NCBI GenBank assembly: GCA_964016885.1
Contig: OZ024762.1
Coordinates: 27,156,001-27,220,000 of the forward strand
Origin: Eledone cirrhosa
Taxonomy: Eukaryota
Length of the DNA: 64,000 nt
Reading direction: 5' to 3'
The position numbers and the translations under genes are program-made. The notes under the pieces were generated by a model. It was not told the origin of the DNA. It did not search any database and saw only the letters and a list, made by a program, of their open reading frames with translations. This document shows, piece after piece, positions 15,470 through 34,356 of the stretch. The number at the start of each line of letters is the position of its first letter. Positions within the stretch are counted from its first letter, which is position 1.

Positions 15470-15796
15470 TTTACATAGAAAAAAAAACTTTTAAGAGAAC
15501 AGGGACACCTGCAGAATCAGTTGATAGTCTCAAATATATTCAGTTCTACAAAAGTCATATTACTTTAGCACGCCATCTCTTAATTAAATTTCCTTCTTCA
15601 AACAATTCGACGATAGATGAAGAGAGTTACATCTATGTATGTAGGAAAGTTGTAAATGAATAAAAATCATTTTGCATATAAATATATACGCGTACATATA
15701 TATATGTATATGTATATATGTATATGTCTATACACATGTGTATATGTATATACATATGTATATATATATATAAGTATATATATATATGTATATATT

Positions 15797-15828
<32 letters not shown>

Positions 15829-15871
15829 TATGTATATAAATATATATACATAAACATATATATATATATAA

Positions 15872-15954
<83 letters not shown>

Positions 15955-15967
15955 TATATACATAAAC

Positions 15968-16057
<90 letters not shown>

Positions 16058-16282
16058 ATAATAATAAATTTGAAGACTAAAATCCAAAGAGGGCTCGATA
16101 AGGATAAATATATATCAAATATATAAGAACCATAGAGCAAATATTTATTAAAATAACAGATTAAGTTTAAGCAAAGAATCGCTGCTTTCACCCTTAACGG
16201 GATCTTCTGAAACGGGAGTTTCAGAAGATCCCGTTACGGGTGAAAGCAGCGATTCTTTGCTTAAACTTAATCTATTATTTTA

Positions 16283-16366
<84 letters not shown>

Positions 16367-16493
16367 AAAAAGAGATGAAATCGAAAATGCAACTGGAGTC
16401 TTATTTTTTTTTAAAATATATATATTTATTTGGTTCCTTTACCGGTTTCGCAGTTCTTCTGCTTTTCAAAAGGTGAGATTGGATGGAGGGTCT

Positions 16494-16823
16494 GTGGTTT
16501 TTCTCACATCCGATGTGAGAAAAACCACGTTTGTATTTGTAAAGACAAAACAATGCAGGTATGGATATGGAATATAAATGCAAATGCAAAAGATATTTTT
16601 GACAATTAGTTTTTTACCTTAAATTTATTTAAATGTCCTTAATTTTCGAGATAATATCTCTTCTTCGGAGGGAAGTAAAGCGGTTAAACCAGTGTTCTAA
16701 ATAGCTTGCCAAGTCATGCTGACAGGAAATGGTATAGAGTATGTTCTATCTCTAATGTCAAAGAGTTAAGGTTAGGTGGATAGAGAGTAGTCCCCCTTTA
16801 AAAGGGGTTTTGCACATGTATGT
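16494..16823 (-). mobile_element. Solo inverted pLTR of the 11246-13368 element, with terminal hairpin
   Basis: Reverse complement of 13073-13366. Palindrome gtggtttttctcacatc-c-gatgtgagaaaaaccac at 16494-16528. Confidence 0.85.
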
Positions 16824-16984
16824 GAGAAACCGGTCAATTTTTATACCCTTTATTCTTTCCTTACCTTATAAAATTATATGTTTTTTCACAAAAAAGTATT
16901 CTGTCTCTTATATATTCCATGTGCCATTACCAACCTCAATTTTCTCTCTCTCTGGATTTTAGTCTTCAAATTTATTATTATTAC

Positions 16985-19886
<2,902 letters not shown>

Positions 19887-19896
19887 TATATACATA

Positions 19897-19926
<30 letters not shown>

Positions 19927-19931
<5 letters not shown>

Positions 19932-20855
19932 AGATTTGAATGGATACAGTTTAGTTGAAAGGAATTTATTGACACGTGTTTCTATAACAGTTACATAACC
20001 TAAAACAGCTGCTATCTACAAACTTTTAGTTATGCAGACATTCAATATTTCAATGTTATTATTTACTGTCATTTCATCAGAATAATATTACTGAGGACCT
20101 ATTTAGTTTTTATAGAGAATATTAGGAGGGAGGGGTGAAGTTGTTAGAGGAATAGTTGAAGGAGTGGTTTTTCGATAGCAGTGAGAATTCTTGGTGGCAG
20201 TGAGTAATTAGATTCCCATCTGTTGTTTTGACATTTTTTATAGAATATATTATTGGTTATTTTTCTAAATCTATAGAAGGATTAGAGATAGTAAAGATAT
20301 GCGTGGTTGGTTTTGTGTTTGCACCAGAGCCAAAGAAATGTAACAACTTTAGCAGAAAAAGCTTGGACGCTCAGGGATAGCGATCAAAAGTTTACCCTAA
20401 AATGGGAAAAATTAGCTAAAACCCAAAGCTTTTCCAGAAGCCAAAATTTCTGCAAATTGTGTAATCTTGAGATTTATTACATAATCACACATAAGAAGAA
20501 ACTGCTGAATAACAGAATTGAACGAACATTATTCTGCCGTCACAGAACTAAAACCCTTTTTTCCCACTACAAGCCGAATATTACATAAAAGAGGGACATC
20601 CCCCAACTATATAAACCTTAATCTAGTTAGAAAAATATAAAAACAATCTCTTCTCAACATATATTAATAACCTTAAATTACCATACTAATAATGGAAAGA
20701 TATGCTGATGAGAATAGGTACAAATATGCGATAATGAATGTGTCTAAAAACGTCCATAAGTATGTATATATATGTGAAAATGTATATAAATAAGTAAATA
20801 TATATATATGTTTGATGTGTATAGGTAGATGTAAGTGTATTCATGTATTAAAGTG

Positions 20856-20906
<51 letters not shown>

Positions 20907-21710
20907 ATGTATATATGTGTATATGGATGTGTATGTATGTGTATGTGTGTACACATGGACTAGAGTATGTATGTATATATGTGTGTGTCTATACGTGTGT
21001 ATATAAAGATAAGTTGAGTATGAAAATGTATACACATGAGCGCGTATGTATGTACATGAATACATGTGTGTATATATATGTGTATGCATGTGTATATATA
21101 TGTAAGTATGAATATGTGAATTGTGAGTATATGTATTTTGTAGAGGTGTGCAAATATATTTGTGTGTGAATGCGTGGGTGATAGGATACGTACACTTGAA
21201 AGAAAAATTGAAGTCTGAATGTTAATTAAGTGCAAACACAAAACCAACCACGCATATCTTTACTATCTCTAATCCTTCTATAGATTTAGAAAAATAACCA
21301 ATAATATATTCTATAAAAAATGTCAAAACAACAGATGGGAATCTAATTACTCACTGCCACCAAGAATTCTCACTGCTATCGAAAAACCACTCCTTCAACT
21401 ATTCCTCTAACAACTTTACCCCTCCCTCCTAATATTCTCTATAAAAACTAAATAGGTCCTCAGTAATATTATTCTGATGAAATGACAGTAAATAATAACA
21501 TTGAAATATTGAATGTCTGCATAACTAAAAGTGTGTAGATAGCAGCTGTTTTAGGTTATGTAACTGTTATAGAAACACGTGTCAATAAATTCCTTTCAAC
21601 TAAACTGTATCCATTCAAATCTTTCTATTTTTCTCCGGATTACTTTTGGAACTACAACTGGAACCGTCGAGCAAACTCTACGTGAGCTGATAATCTACTG
21701 TGTGTAATAT
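19927..21710. mobile_element. Inverted 398-bp pLTR pair (19927-20324 / 21230-21627 plus tail), HHR-like motif at 21468-21516; third partial copy at 13508-13668
   Basis: Near-identical inverted repeat. CTGATGA aatg..catt GAAA tatt. Confidence 0.85.
20325..20760 (+). mobile_element. Naiad-like PLE 3' fragment (GIY-YIG C-terminus) with decayed HHR at 20702-20757
   Basis: TTLAEKAWTLR..FTLKWE..CKLCNLE..LLNNR..CRH. tatg CTGATGA..AAAA cg TC cata. Confidence 0.8.
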
Positions 21711-21735
21711 TTATATTACAACACAACGGAAAATA

Positions 21736-21796
<61 letters not shown>

Positions 21797-21832
21797 TATG
21801 TATATATTTGTATATATATATATGTATATATA

Positions 21833-22247
<415 letters not shown>

Positions 22248-22559
22248 GTATATATATATATACAAAGTTTGTTTTATAAATAGAGATATACCCATGAAAA
22301 TCATACCTTAACGCTTGGAAGTTCACTGGATAGTATCAATGTGTCTTGGTACCCTTGAAATATATATATATATATATATTTAATACATTAACAGAGAAAG
22401 CTTTAAGCAATACTCCGACCGGCTTCCGTCTCACTCAACAAACATTAGGATATACCTTAGTATAATCCCAATTATACGTTTGGGGTGCTAGCTATACGTA
22501 TTTTGCGGATAGCCAGTTGTATTATTTTATATGAGACATAATTAAAATACATCTCTCTT

Positions 22560-22681
22560 TCCAAACGATCGTTTCATTATAAGTTTTCTACAAATTGGGA
22601 AAATAATGTCCTGGTTATGTACAAGCCTACACATAGTCCGTAGGAGTATATGTAGGTGGGCACTTATAAATCATCAGTGGA
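22560..22681 (-). ncRNA. Type I HHR with ~95-nt stem II, in a non-coding island at 22380-22755
   Basis: Minus strand: tcca CTGATGA t ttataag..cttataa t GAAA cgatcg TT tgga. Confidence 0.8.
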
Positions 22682-22851
22682 TGCCCGACAGATATCGATA
22701 TAAAAAAACCTTACCGATATTAATGTTCAGCGATGGTACCCCTCCGTGCTAGAATATATATATATATATATATATATAAATATGTTTATTATAACATTCT
22801 GTGGCTCTTTTGAGCTTGCGATTTGTCGGGTCTAGTGTATATATATATATA

Positions 22852-22910
<59 letters not shown>

Positions 22911-22915
<5 letters not shown>

Positions 22916-25900
22916 ATACTTGGGAAGAGTCATATTTGTGTAATATTGCCAGAAATAATAACAGAACACAATCACTGTTTGGTTGGTTTTCGCTTTTCGC
23001 TTCTGTCTCTTTTATATCGGTAACCTAATTTATTTGCTCCTCAATGTTGCCATTGACTGACTGACGGTCAATAATAATAGATACAATATAGACACAAACA
23101 CATATATATAGTTTATCAAAGTTCTTTCGTTGCACATCTGCAACATCGTCAGTGGTGCTATTGTTTCCTCCCGTTGCATTGTATTTTCTACGCCATCTTT
23201 ATTTAGTCTGTTTATATATTTATTTATTTGTTTATTTTATTTTGTCTTCTTTGCGCATGCGTGTTTGTATAGTGTTTTATTTGATGTGTGTTCGTGATTG
23301 GGTGACTGTGTATTGGTTAATGTATTCTATCTTTACTAGTGTGTGTTTATATGTGTTTGTTGTTATTGTGCTTGTGTATGTATGTATTTATTTATTTATC
23401 TATTTATTTATTTATACTTCTCATAGGTCAGTGTTGTTTGTTTGGGTGTTGTTGTTATTCCATTCATTCTTTCTGTTTCGCCTTGGCCTTCTAAGTTTTA
23501 TTTCACTGGCCTCTCTGAATTGCCTATCTGCTGGGTCATTTCTATGTTTAGATATTATTCTAATTGCTATGTTGTCTATGTTACCGTCGTGTTGTTGTCT
23601 GGCATGTCTTTATAGTACTGAACGGTTTTTTCGTCCTTTTAGTTCCCCCCAGTGTTGGTCTATCCTTTCACCTATGCTATGAGCTGTCTCGCCTATGTAT
23701 GTTGTTGTCATGTTTCTGCAAGTAGCCTCTGTACATCTTATGCTATAGAATACGTTTCTAGTTTTACAGTTTATCCGAGGGTTTACCTTACATATGATAC
23801 ATTTCCTATTAGTACAGTGGGTTTTCTTAAAAGGGTAGGTTTTGCTGATCAGGGATTTTATGGTGGTTCCTGGCTTTTCTACCACCTTAATCTTTAAGTC
23901 GGTCTTTCTCAGGGCCTTTCTACACTGGTTAGCTAATTTCCCTCCAGGGGTAGCGTCCACAAACATGACACTCTGGTATCTCTGGTTGTCGTACCATGAG
24001 GTGGCTTTCCCTATCTTATGTCTAGCCCTATCTAAGCTATTCCATGATTTGCTCCTGTATAATGGGCAAATTCCTTTCATGTCCAGTTCTATGAGGGTCT
24101 TATAGTTCTCCATGGCTCCTTCGTATACTCTGACTGTGTCTCTTTGGTTGTAGCCAGAGAACTGCATGCGGTTGATGAAGTTTTGGATGTGTCTTTCCAT
24201 TTCTGTTGGGTCGTACATGCGGGACACATTCTTCATCACTCTTACCAAGTCTGCAATCAGAATATTAAACTTAGCACTACTGGATATTGCTGAGTTTTGA
24301 GTATCAGGTATTTGGAGGCCATGGGTTTAGCATAGTGTGATTGGAGAATTTGGGCTCTCTCGTGTATAGTGTTAATCTAGAGTTCCGTGTCTAATACAGG
24401 TAGTCTATTCTTAGGGTGTTTGGAAGGGTAGTCGATAGTTACAGTTATACTCTGGTGTATGGAATTAGCTATCTACTGGATGCTTTCCATTGTGCTACGT
24501 TCTAAATCAAACTTGTTAGTGCTCTCTAGTGGGGATGTTCTTATAACTATATTGATATCGTCTACGTAATGAGAGTACATGATGAGGTCTATGGAACTCT
24601 CATTAAGGAGATCTTTAAGTCTCCTTTCCCACCATACCATAAAAAGGTTAGCAACATCACCAGTTATGCTGACGCAAATGGCTGCTCGCTCATTTTGGGT
24701 GTAGATATTCTCGTTGAACTTGAATATGTGGCCCTTTAGGGTAGTTCTGATACTAGCCCCTATTGCATGTGTGACCATTTTTCTTACCTGATCATTGTTT
24801 TGGGGGGTCCGTATAGCTTTGGTCCACTCAGTCCACCTTCCCATGGGAGTCTTTTTAGCCATTGAGGTTATGGTGGGGGGTCTACCTCTTATGGGTCTAC
24901 TGGGGTAGAAACGTCTAAGGTTATGGCTGTCTAGGTAGTCAGTGTCGTAGGTAAGTCTATGTAGGAGGCCCAGTTCGTTGTGTCGACGTCGCAGAACTCC
25001 ACCTCACTCTCAATGATCATCTCCACACATTTTTCCACAGCAAAATCAATGTTAATGGATGGGTACAGTGATACCACATCCATGCTGCCTATTATGCAGT
25101 TGGATAGGTTCCTGTTTTTGTTGCACTCACTGATTCTGCTGAGGAGGTCCTCTGTACTGTCACATACATCTGGGGACATCTTGATTATGGGGCGTATAAC
25201 CATTGTGAGGAAGTAGGAGATCCTGTAGTTGCTAGCTATATTAGCTCCGCATACGGGTCTTGTTGGTGGTCCTGTTGTCGGGTCGTCGACTGTCTAGTGG
25301 TCTTTGCGGAGTCCATACAAGGGGGGTATGCCATTGTGAGATGCCTGGAAGTTGTTGGCAGTGCGTCTGCTTGGCTTTAGGATGTCGGTCCACATCATCA
25401 TGTGAGCGTTGAGGATTTTCTCTCTCCTATCATGTGTTTGCTGTGCAATTTCGCTCGTGTTGGTGATGTGGGGTTGCATAGCCTTGATGTAGTTCGGCAT
25501 GCTATCTATTGACATCCTACCAGACTTATCCGTGGGTAGACATACTACCTCACCATCCCTTGTGCGCTGCTTGAGGCTAACCAAGCCTTCTACAGGTTTC
25601 CTCCCAAGTTGTTGGGCCTCTGGTCTGCTCTGTCTCTTAGTATACCGGTCTACTATTTGTCTAATCTTATTTCTAGCTATGGTAAACTGTGCCTCTGTCT
25701 CGTCATCTATTTGTTGTGGTATGCAAACTCTTTTATTAAAGGGTAACCTCGTAGGATAGATATTACCCATCTTATATGTTTTGTCAGCTGGGTTGAAGAA
25801 TAGTTTCTCTAAGGGGTTGTCATTATATCTATCGTCATAGTTGTGTGTGTTGCTATTATTGTTATTATGGTGGTTGTTGTTGTTCCTATCATTAGCATTA

Positions 25901-26952
25901 TTATTATTGTTATGATTGCTAGATGTATTGTTGCTGTGATTGTTAGATATATTGTTGTTATGATTGCTAGGTGCATTGTCGCTGTGATTGTTCGATGTAT
26001 TTTTGTTATGATTGCTAGATGTATTGTTGCTGTGATTGTTGTTTACTTCACCGTTATTGTTGTTGTTACTGTTATTTCTACCATTGTGGTTGTTACTTTT
26101 ATTATGTTTCTTGTTTTTGTTGTGTCTATCATTAATGTTGCTACATGTATTATTTCCATTATTACCACTGTGGTTGTTGTTGTTCGTATTGTTACCGTTA
26201 TTACTACTGTGGTCGCTGCTGCTGTGTCTGTAGTTAATGTTTCTATATTATTAATATTGTGGTTGTTGTTGTTCTGTCTATCGTTAGTATTATTACCATT
26301 ATTACTATTTCTCACTCTCCTGCTATTGTTATTGTTATGGCTGTTATTTCTATACTCAGAGTTATTGTTTATATTACTACTACAGTTATTATTGTTGTTG
26401 TTGTTGTTTACTTTTGCATTCCAACGTATTTTTGTGAAACACTTTTCCAGCTCCGTTTTGCACTCAATAGGGTTAAACTTTTTGTAGATGGCAAATTTTG
26501 GTGGTAGCTGCAGGATTTGTTGTTCTTGTTCACTGATTAAAGTGTTCCCATAAACATTTACTGTGTGGTCATTGGTAAATTCTTCCGGTAGTTTTACATC
26601 AGTTATACGGATATTGTTGATGTTATCTGGGTATTTTTGAGAATATTCTATTTTCCTTTCTTGTAGTTTTTTCTTATTCATCCATTCTAATTTCTTATTG
26701 AAATGCCTATTGCATTCGTTTCGGGCGTGTTTCGTTTCACGTCGGATGACGCTCATGAAGTTATCCCTTTCGTTTGGAGTGGTGAGATTTTGGACTTCCT
26801 TACCGTTAATGCGTTTCTGTCTGTAAAGTTCGTTGACTTTTGTGTATGTTGTTCTTTTCATTTTAACTGTTATTGTGTGTTTTCGTCGTTCAGCTTATGT
26901 CCTGTTATTAATTCTGGCAATATTACACAAAAATGACTCTCCCCAAGTATAA
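22911..26952 (-). mobile_element. Near full-length degraded Penelope-like element (Neptune-like Cys linker) with short inverted 5' pLTR at 26895-26952
   Basis: ORF pieces 26043-26861, 25294-25770 (LYGLRKDH), 24931-25203 (MDVVSLYPSI), 24473-24862 (HYVDD) and 23610-24248 (CTNRKCIIC, VFY..YIGET). HHR-like motif at 23110-23160. Confidence 0.9.
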
Positions 26953-26996
26953 AAATATTTGTTTCGACACACGATTTCAGATCAAAAACATTGCAA

Positions 26997-28440
<1,444 letters not shown>

Positions 28441-28558
28441 ATAAATATATATATATATAAATATATATATATATAAATATATATATATATAAATATATAT
28501 ATATATAAATATATATATATATAAATATATATATATATAAATATATATATATATAAAT

Positions 28559-28613
<55 letters not shown>

Positions 28614-28614
<1 letters not shown>

Positions 28615-29444
28615 CGCGATATAACGGTCGAGAAACAGAGCTAAGCCTCTTATAACCCCGAAGAAAATACCACGGAGGCGGAGGGGGTATTTATATCGAA
28701 GCCGTAGAAGAGGTGGTGAAGGGGGCGAGAAGTATGACTAATGGCAGCTTTCCAGCAGTCACCACACTTCAAAGATTATTCGACCAGAGGGAGTTATGAA
28801 CAATATATTTAGAAACACACAGATACATGCGGACACACACATATACATGAATGCATCCACACCGAACCGTGAGTTAATGGTGCCAACCTTACCGATGTTG
28901 CTCAATGAATGACTGGGACAGACCATTCCGGTTGAATTAGACTGAACCAGTATCAGAGTTAAAAATACATTATGAAGAGAGAAGAAACATTTAGATATAA
29001 TTAGTAATAAAATGTATCATACCTAAACTGCTCCTAGATTCCTCGACTACGTAGTTTCGTGGCATAAACAAAAACAATACATCATAAAGATATAGAGTCC
29101 TTGCGAGGTCTGCCGACTTATCAAGAGGATACCTCATTTTACTAGCTTCAAGAACGCGTCTACACGACGTGAGAAAGAATCCCAAAAGGCGGAGGGGGAG
29201 ATAGTCACGCGATATAACGGTCGCTCCGCCTTTTGGGATTCTTTCTCACGTCGTGTAGACGCGTTCTTGAAGCTAGTAAAATGAGGTATCCTCTTGATAA
29301 GTCGGCAGACCTTGCAAGGACTCTATATCTTTATGATGTATTGTTTTTGTTTATGCCACGAAACTACGTAGTCGAGGAATCTAGGAGCAGTTTAGGTATG
29401 ATACATTTTATTACTAATTATATCTAAATGTTTCTTCTCTCTTC

Positions 29445-29449
<5 letters not shown>
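28614..29449. mobile_element. Non-coding ~593-bp partial-tandem unit plus ~226-bp inverted arm, in (TA)n
   Basis: acgcgatataacggtcg at 28614 and 29207. Inverted repeat 28969-29194 / 29224-29449. Confidence 0.8.
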
Positions 29450-29528
<79 letters not shown>

Positions 29529-29530
<2 letters not shown>

Positions 29531-31286
29531 GGTGTTAAAGTTTGCTTGAAGCATTGTGAAATGTGTAAAATACGTAGTTTAGAAAGCCACAACAATGCAG
29601 ATGGGAAATCTCGAGGTACGAAGTGAATGATAGATAGGAGAAATAGGAGAAAGTGAAAATTGAGAGAGACAAAGATGAAAACAAAACAAAGGTAGAAGGG
29701 TTACCGTAGTGGAGATTTAATCCCAATATTTCGGGCTCACGCCCATCAACGGGGGAAAGTTCCAAAAAGGGGGGGAACAGGCTAAGCCGGAGAAAGTTGT
29801 GATGTCGTTAAAACAGGAATGCCGTTATGGGGAGAAAATTTAAATGAGGGAAAGAATGCGCGTGCGCGTGATAGGCTGCGGCAAAAGCTACTGACCAAAT
29901 GGGTTAAATCAAGAGGGTGCGCTAGCGTGTGAAAGCCGTAAAATATGTGTGTGTAAATATATATGTGTGTGTAACTGTGTGTGTATATGTGTAAGTGTGT
30001 ATATGTGTGAGTGTGTGTGTGTGTGAAAGATAGTGGGCTGTAGAAGCTGGAAATCAAAGGGTGTGAAAGGTGGTAGGTTGTAAAACATGTGTGCGTGTAT
30101 AAATATAGATGTGTGTGTGTATGCGTATGGGTATATATGTGTGTGTAACTGTGTGTGTATATGTGTAAGTGTGTATATGTGTGAGTGCGTGTGTGTGTGA
30201 AAGATAGTGGGCTGTAGAAGCTGGAAATCAAAGGGTGTGAAAGGTGGTAAGTTGTAAAAACATGTGTGCGTGTATAAATATAGATGTGTGTGTGTATGCG
30301 TATGGGTATGCATATACGTGCGTGTGTGTGAAAATAGCAGGCCGTAAGGGCTGTGAATGGTCACTATAGTTAAATTAGCCATGTCAGCTCATTTCTCTCA
30401 GCCCGGTTGTTAAGTGGGTGTCTGAGGTTCTTAATAACAAGTGCTTCCTTTATCCTTAAGGATCCGATGCTGCGTTCAGTCGCTAGGACTGTGACCAAGG
30501 GTCTACCCTGTGGGTTTCCACATTTAAGGATGTGTTTACGGAAGGAAGATGCGTTGGTGTTGATATGTTCCTTGATACGAACATGTAGGGGTCGGATGGT
30601 GCTACCTATGTAAAACTTGTTACATTTATCGCATTGAATCTTATATACGACATAGGTGCGTAGGCAATCTGCCCCCCGTATCGGGCAGTTGCTGAGGGAA
30701 CACGTCCCATCTGACTCGTCGGGTTTGTTGGAGAGGCATCTTCGCAGCGAAGGTCCTGTGTGGGCCAAATGTATGTCAAGTCCCTCCGTCCGTATGGCCC
30801 TGCGGATGGCGTTCGTGGTATATTCACTCAGGTGGGGGATTTTAAAGAAGCACCTGCTTTTATTTAGGTTTCTAGTGGGTGTCTGTCTATTGGGTCTGGG
30901 GTCTCTAATTCCGTTAATCAGTCGCTTGGGATATCTATTAGACTTGAGTAGATTACGGAATTGCGTGGTATGTCACCCATCGGGTCGCTGCATCTGTTAG
31001 TGATCCGTGTCAGTTCATTTAGGACATAGCCTCTCTTAGCGTTGTTGGGGAGGGCTGAGTTGTAATGCACAAATAAGTCCTTGCACGCTGCTTTGCGGTA
31101 GAAGGTGGTGTTTATGTCTCCTTCTTCCGAGATGTTGATACGGAAGTCGAGGAGGGCGAGTGACCCGTCTTCTCCTGGGTGTTCGATGGTGAAATCGACG
31201 TGATGGTCAGTATCGTTGAAGATTTGGTGAATTTCATTCGCCATCTCCCGGGAAGAAGTAAGTATCAGGATGTCATCAACGTAGCT

Positions 31287-31287
<1 letters not shown>
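29529..31287 (-). mobile_element. 5'-truncated PLE (same lineage as the 11246 and 46400 elements)
   Basis: [15 protein letters not shown]..(frameshift)..CSLSNCP..VVYKIQCDKC..FYIGST. The 3' UTR has a ~177-bp tandem duplication. Confidence 0.9.
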
Positions 31288-31320
<33 letters not shown>

Positions 31321-31327
<7 letters not shown>

Positions 31328-32530
31328 AGATCAAAAGATGGTTAAAGGAGTTCCATATATTTTATTATGCGCATTTCAAAAACAAACATCATCAAACAAT
31401 AATATTTGTGTTTTCATCAGATAAAATAGGAGAACATGATATGAAGGCTAAAAAACACTTGTTGATAGTGCAGTTTTAAATCAACATATGAAAAGTGGTT
31501 TTAGATTGATGTGTGATATTGGGAAAAATATTTTATTTAGAGAGGGGGGGGAGAAAAGGATGAAAAGGGAAGGAGATGAGAGGGAGAGATGGGTGATAGA
31601 GAGAAAGAGATAGTTTTTATAACTGAGAGGAGATATATTTTATATAGAGGGGTTGAAAACCGTTGGAAGATACTGTATAAATTAAAAATTTTGAAAATTA
31701 ACGAAGGGAGGATATGTGCGAGGAAAAAATATTTTATTTAGGGAGGGGGGGGTTGGAAAGGATGAAAAAAAAGGGGAGGAGATGAGAGTGAAGGTGGAAA
31801 GGGAGAGATGGGTGATAGAGAGAAAGAGATAGTTTTTATAACTGAGAAAAAGATATAATGTTTTAATATAGAGAGGTTGGGAACCTCTCTATATTAAAAC
31901 ATTATATCTTTTTCTCAGTTATAAAAACTATCGCTTTCTCTCTATCACCCATCTCTCCCTTTCCACCTTCACTCTCATCTCCTCCCCTTTTTTTTCATCC
32001 TTTCCAACCCCCCCCTCCCTAAATAAAATATTTTTTCCTCGCACATATCCTCCCTTCGTTAATTTTCAAAATTTTTAATTTATACAGTATCTTCCAACGG
32101 TTTTCAACCCCTCTATATAAAATATATCTCCTCTCAGTTATAAAAACTATCTCTTTCTCTCTATCACCCATCTCTCCCTCTCATCTCCTTCCCTTTTCAT
32201 CCTTTTCTCCCCCCCCCCCTCTCTAAATAAAATATTTTTCCCAATATCACACATCAATCTAAAACCACTTTTCATATGTTGATTTAAAACTGCACTATCA
32301 ACAAGTGTTTTTTAGCCTTCATATCATGTTCTCCTATTTTATCTGATGAAAACACAAATATTATTGTTTGATGATGTTTGTTTTTGAAATGCGCATAATA
32401 AAATATATGGAACTCCTTTAACCATCTTTTGATCTTATATTATGCATACTCCAGTCCCACAAACTGTAGAGTGCTTCTTATCTGATATCTGCATTGCTTT
32501 ATTGTACTACAATAAAACTCACCTCCTACA
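31321..32530. mobile_element. Large fold-back pLTR element: ~558-bp arms, 3-nt spacer, ~90-bp tail
   Basis: 31321-31878 and 31882-32442 are near-perfect reverse complements. Confidence 0.9.
32335..32405 (+). ncRNA. Type I HHR (mirror copy 31358-31428)
   Basis: tattttat CTGATGA aaaca..tgttttt GAAA tgcgca TA ataaaata. Confidence 0.88.
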
Positions 32531-32541
32531 TATATATATAT

Positions 32542-32622
<81 letters not shown>

Positions 32623-32637
32623 GTGTATATATATATG

Positions 32638-33630
32638 CACTAGACTCGAAAAGTCGCAAGCTGAAAAGAGCCACAGAATGTTATAATAAACCTTCAAAAG
32701 TGTGGGACTCGAGTTGTTGCTCAAAAATATTGTAATCATCATCTATCTTACACTCGCTGTGGCATCCTTTATAAAAAAGAGACTCATAACGAATTCAAGA
32801 CGACACGATAATTATTTAAATGAATTCATAATATAGGATTTGGTTTAAGTGCATTTCGTATTAATCATTACTAAACATCTAATATGAGATATTGGACATT
32901 AGCTTAAACCAACCATGCCTTTCAGTTTACACTATTTCACTTAGTTCATTCTTAGATGTAACATATATAAATATGATTTACAATTATAAAATAAATTAAT
33001 TAGCTGAAATTTAGGAAATAATTGAGTATCGGATCCGGAGTTGGAGCCAGTCAATTTTTGGTCGACTCCGCAGCCCTGTATAATACATTTCATATTAAAG
33101 TGATTAATAAACCTATTTTACACTGCATGTAAATTACCATGAGATCATGATATTAGATATAAGATACAGTCGAATATCTACATCTGTAAAAGTACGAAAG
33201 CGAAGTAATGATAAATGGCTTAAGGTAATTCCAATATGAAAGTTTTCAGTGATAAAAATTTGATGACACAATACGATTATTAATGTTACAGTTCGATGAA
33301 AATGTAACAATATATAACTAAATTATTTTAATATTAGTATATTTATAAAATTATCATTTTAGATTTGATCGTTCATATAAACATCATATTAATTTTCAAC
33401 ACAATTATTTTGTTACTATGAGTATATGTTAATAATATTACGTAATTATTTATAGCTGCTATTACATTAAACATAGATGTATTTATTGTGATATTTTTAT
33501 AAAGGATGCCACAGATGTACGATAGATAATGATTACAATATTTTTTAGCAACAACTCTAGTCCCACACTTTTGAAGGTTTATTATAACATTCTGTGGCTC
33601 TTTTGAGCTTGCGCATTTTTCAGGTCTAGT
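32638..33630. mobile_element. Non-autonomous TIR DNA element with CACTA-like termini (~140-bp imperfect TIRs); solo end at 22783-22837
   Basis: cactagac..aagagccacagaatgttataataaacc.. / ..ggtttattataacattctgtggctctt..gtctagt(g). Confidence 0.7.
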
Positions 33631-33804
33631 TTAATGTATTTTAAGGCAACGCTTGTAATAACTCTAGTTAAACATAATATATATTAATAATAAATTATCG
33701 TTGTAAGAGCACACAGAAAATTGCGCATGCCAACGGATCTGGAGAACACACGCTGCACGTGAATATGTGCTTCCTTGCGAAGATTGGTGTCGATTATCGT
33801 CTTT

Positions 33805-34356
33805 TTATACAACAAATCTGTGCACCAACATCTGATGCTGCATCCGGAAGTCAAGCATTTTTTCTAGTTTCCTTATTCGATGCAAAGACCGCTTACGAAG
33901 AACATTTTTGTTTTTATAGTAAGCTTTCTGATAAGACTGTATATTATCTTTATTGACAATTCTATACACAGCCTTTCTTTGCAATACTTTATCTCGCTTC
34001 GCAGATCTATACTCAGCCTGCTTGTTTGCCAACTCATGCCGTTTTGAAGATCTATGCTCGGCTTTTTTTGCTTTATTTTAGTCGAATTCGCAGCTCTATA
34101 ATCGGCCTGTTTTTGTCTCAACTTCTCCCGATTCCGCATCCGGTAAGCTGCTTTCGCGTCCAATTTAATACGCCTGTCTGGCAGATTATTGGCACAGCAA
34201 TGCGAACAAGCTTGTGGGACCCCATGATTGTAAGAAGATGAACTGCCCGCAACATCAAGACCCAATTCACAAGTCCGGCACTGCTCATTCACATCGGTAG
34301 TGGGGACACCAAAATCGGTGACGGGTCCCGATTCACTTGCGGGATACATCAGGAAC
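33805..34356 (-). pseudogene. Frameshifted coding fragment with repeated basic helical motif (YR..N...L..K), possibly transposon accessory protein
   Basis: KAAYRMRNREKLRQKQADYRAANSTKIKQKK / KQAEYRSAKRDKVLQRKAVYR; preceded by an acceptor-like tttaattgcag. Confidence 0.4.

Noticed and set aside
28645-28712. Plus-strand HHR (CCGAAGA..GAAG)
   Set aside because: Core-to-stem spacing is wrong and the strand is opposite to the inferred sense; better read as a simple hairpin
28991-29427. Two identical 64-aa ORFs on opposite strands
   Set aside because: They result from the inverted repeat, start at a non-ATG codon and have no protein motif
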